Below, piece by piece: positions 62,420 through 64,000 of a DNA stretch of 64,000 nucleotides; within the stretch, counting starts at the first letter, position 1; every line of letters begins with the position of its first letter. The DNA is taken from contig DBTM01000036.1 of the NCBI GenBank assembly GCA_002307055.1, forward strand, positions 34,416 through 98,415, in the 5' to 3' direction. Made by a program: the position numbers and the translations under genes. Source of the stretch: Clostridiales bacterium UBA1316. Lineage in GTDB: Bacteria; Bacillota; Clostridia; Oscillospirales; Oscillospiraceae. Under the pieces are notes generated by a model. It was not told the DNA's origin, searched no databases, and saw only the letters and a program-made list of their open reading frames with translations.

Positions 62420-63193
62420 ATGATGTTGAAAAAAATAAAAAATATGATTGCTCAGAAGCGGAATTCCGGAAATAGGTTCATAAAACTATCAGTTTCTGTT
62501 TTAACTCATATTTACCACATGCCTCGATTTGTTAAAAGAATTTGTTTTGACCCGGATTTTCGTTATGTTCGAATTATGCGCCTGTTCCATCCAAACCTGG
62601 TTCATCAAACGACACCGGTGACATGCTCAAACAGGTACCCGGAGGTTTTTATTGAATGCCTGGGTTATTTCGCAGGTACGGAAAACATCAGAATATTATC
62701 CTTTGGGTGTTCGACAGGCGAGGAGGTATTGACGCTGCGGGAGTATTTCCCGCATGCGACAATTGTTGGCGCGGATATAAACAAAAGGAGTTTGAAAACA
62801 TGCCGTAAGCTGCCTGTTGACGAGAAAATATCATTTGTTTATTCGACACCTAAAAATCTGAAGGAACTCGGTACCTTCGACGCTATATTTTGTATGGCGG
62901 TCTTCCAGAGAACACCGCATCATATCGCCAATGCAGGAATCACAGACATCTCCGAATTATATCCGTTCGACAAATTTGAAAAGCAGATTGTCTTCCTGCG
63001 AGATATGATTAATCCTCAAGGCTTGCTCATCGTGCACTTCGCACAGTATTCTCTGGCGGATACATGCGCAGCCTCCGGCTTCAAGGCATATGGGAATTGT
63101 ACACAGATAACGTATGGGCTTCCGGTGTTTGACAAAAACTGCAAATTAATCGAAGATGCGCCGCCGTTTCATTCGATTTATATCAAAGTATAA
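62420..63193 (+). CDS. SAM-dependent methyltransferase (CheR-like motif)
   Basis: RILSFGCSTGEE, GADIN, FDAIFCMAV. Start placed after GGAG. Confidence 0.75.
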   Translation: MMLKKIKNMIAQKRNSGNRFIKLSVSVLTHIYHMPRFVKRICFDPDFRYVRIMRLFHPNLVHQTTPVTCSNRYPEVFIECLGYFAGTENIRILSFGCSTGEEVLTLREYFPHATIVGADINKRSLKTCRKLPVDEKISFVYSTPKNLKELGTFDAIFCMAVFQRTPHHIANAGITDISELYPFDKFEKQIVFLRDMINPQGLLIVHFAQYSLADTCAASGFKAYGNCTQITYGLPVFDKNCKLIEDAPPFHSIYIKV

Positions 63194-63254
63194 ACCTGCC
63201 CAGCTCATTTATTGCAGCGATGAGACAGCATATATACTTTTATGGGCAAATATG

Positions 63255-63284
63255 AACACCTGAAGCATTTACGCTTCAGGTGTT
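63255..63284. terminator. Bidirectional terminator
   Basis: aacacctgaagc...gcttcaggtgtt between convergent genes. Confidence 0.7.
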
Positions 63285-63305
63285 TTAATTCTTTGACTTT
63301 TTGAT

Positions 63306-64000
63306 TTATCCAAGCCCCAAGGCTTTCAGGACTTTATCGGGGGTGGCGGGTGGGTCTACCCAGACGCCGATGGCATTGTGGATGGCGGTGATGACGAGGT
63401 GGGTATTCGCCAGCGAATGGCTGATGCCGTTCGCGCCGTAGGCGGCATTGCCGGAGCGGGATTCGAGCAAATCACTTTCGACAGGGGGAACATCGAGCAT
63501 TGTCGGCTTTTTGTAATCGATCATATTGTTGTTGAGCTTGACGCCGGTACGCTCGTCATAAACGAAGTCCTCCAGCAGCTGGCAGCCCTGACTGAAGAAC
63601 ATGACCTGGTCGATCTGGCTCTCGAGTGATGTCCGACGCATGATTTTGCCTGGGTCGGCGACTACGCCGAAGCGCAGGATTTCAACTTCGCCGGTCTCCG
63701 TGTCCACTGCGACCTCACAGTAGGCGGTGTTCATGGTGTCAAGTATTTGCCCGCTGCCGCCGATGAGCCAGGCAGACAGAGGCGGCCTGCCGGAGAAAGT
63801 GGCGACCAGCTCCCTATTTGTCGCATGGGCCAGAGGCACAGATTTACTCGGATCGGCCTTGACAGAGACCTTACCATCGGCGAGGTCCAGGTCCTCCGGC
63901 TTTAAGCCCTTGAATGGACCGGGTTCAGGCAGCGGGGGACTGTTGAGCGGTGCCACCAGCATTAAAGGCCAGCTGTCGGCGTATTCGACGGCGGCTTCGA
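63306..64000 (-). CDS. Xanthine dehydrogenase-family molybdopterin-binding subunit (C-terminal part)
   Basis: EVAVDTETGEV, DPG, DYKKPT, YGANG, AIHNAIG, PATPDKVLKAL. Frame stays open to the window end. Confidence 0.88.
   Translation of the reverse strand, partial: EAAVEYADSWPLMLVAPLNSPPLPEPGPFKGLKPEDLDLADGKVSVKADPSKSVPLAHATNRELVATFSGRPPLSAWLIGGSGQILDTMNTAYCEVAVDTETGEVEILRFGVVADPGKIMRRTSLESQIDQVMFFSQGCQLLEDFVYDERTGVKLNNNMIDYKKPTMLDVPPVESDLLESRSGNAAYGANGISHSLANTHLVITAIHNAIGVWVDPPATPDKVLKALGLG

Noticed and set aside
1..64000. tRNA, rRNA, CRISPR array, transposase, integrase or prophage genes
   Set aside because: None recognised by eye or in the ORF track

Overview
Chromosomal window from a Firmicute, probably Clostridia (inferred from gene content and sigma-A promoters/AGGAGG RBSs). 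The GC-richer left arm (1-17.7 kb) has an aminotransferase/Fe-ADH/ABC operon, an ACT-metallo-beta-lactamase fusion, a radical SAM enzyme paired with a membrane protein carrying a (Cys-Ala)n tail, a GNAT/methyltransferase array, REP-like repeats and SDR/glycosidase/MoaF genes. An AT-rich region of about 43 kb follows. Most of it is a Wzx/Wzy exopolysaccharide/capsule locus (21.3-45.4 kb, plus ugd, epimerase and LCP at 57.5-60.9 kb). Inside it lie tandem c-di-GMP-I riboswitches upstream of three beta-helix paralogues. Most notably, it also contains a candidate RiPP system: PqqD/RRE, radical SAM-SPASM, two precursor peptides missed by the ORF track (54825-54974, 54661-54786), HPr-kinase-like kinase, S26 peptidase, ABC exporter and a nucleotidyltransferase. 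The two peptides share a lasso-like YxxP leader, have Cys-containing cores and end in Gly-Ser. No lasso cyclase is present in the window. All functional calls come from motif reading; no database searches were run.
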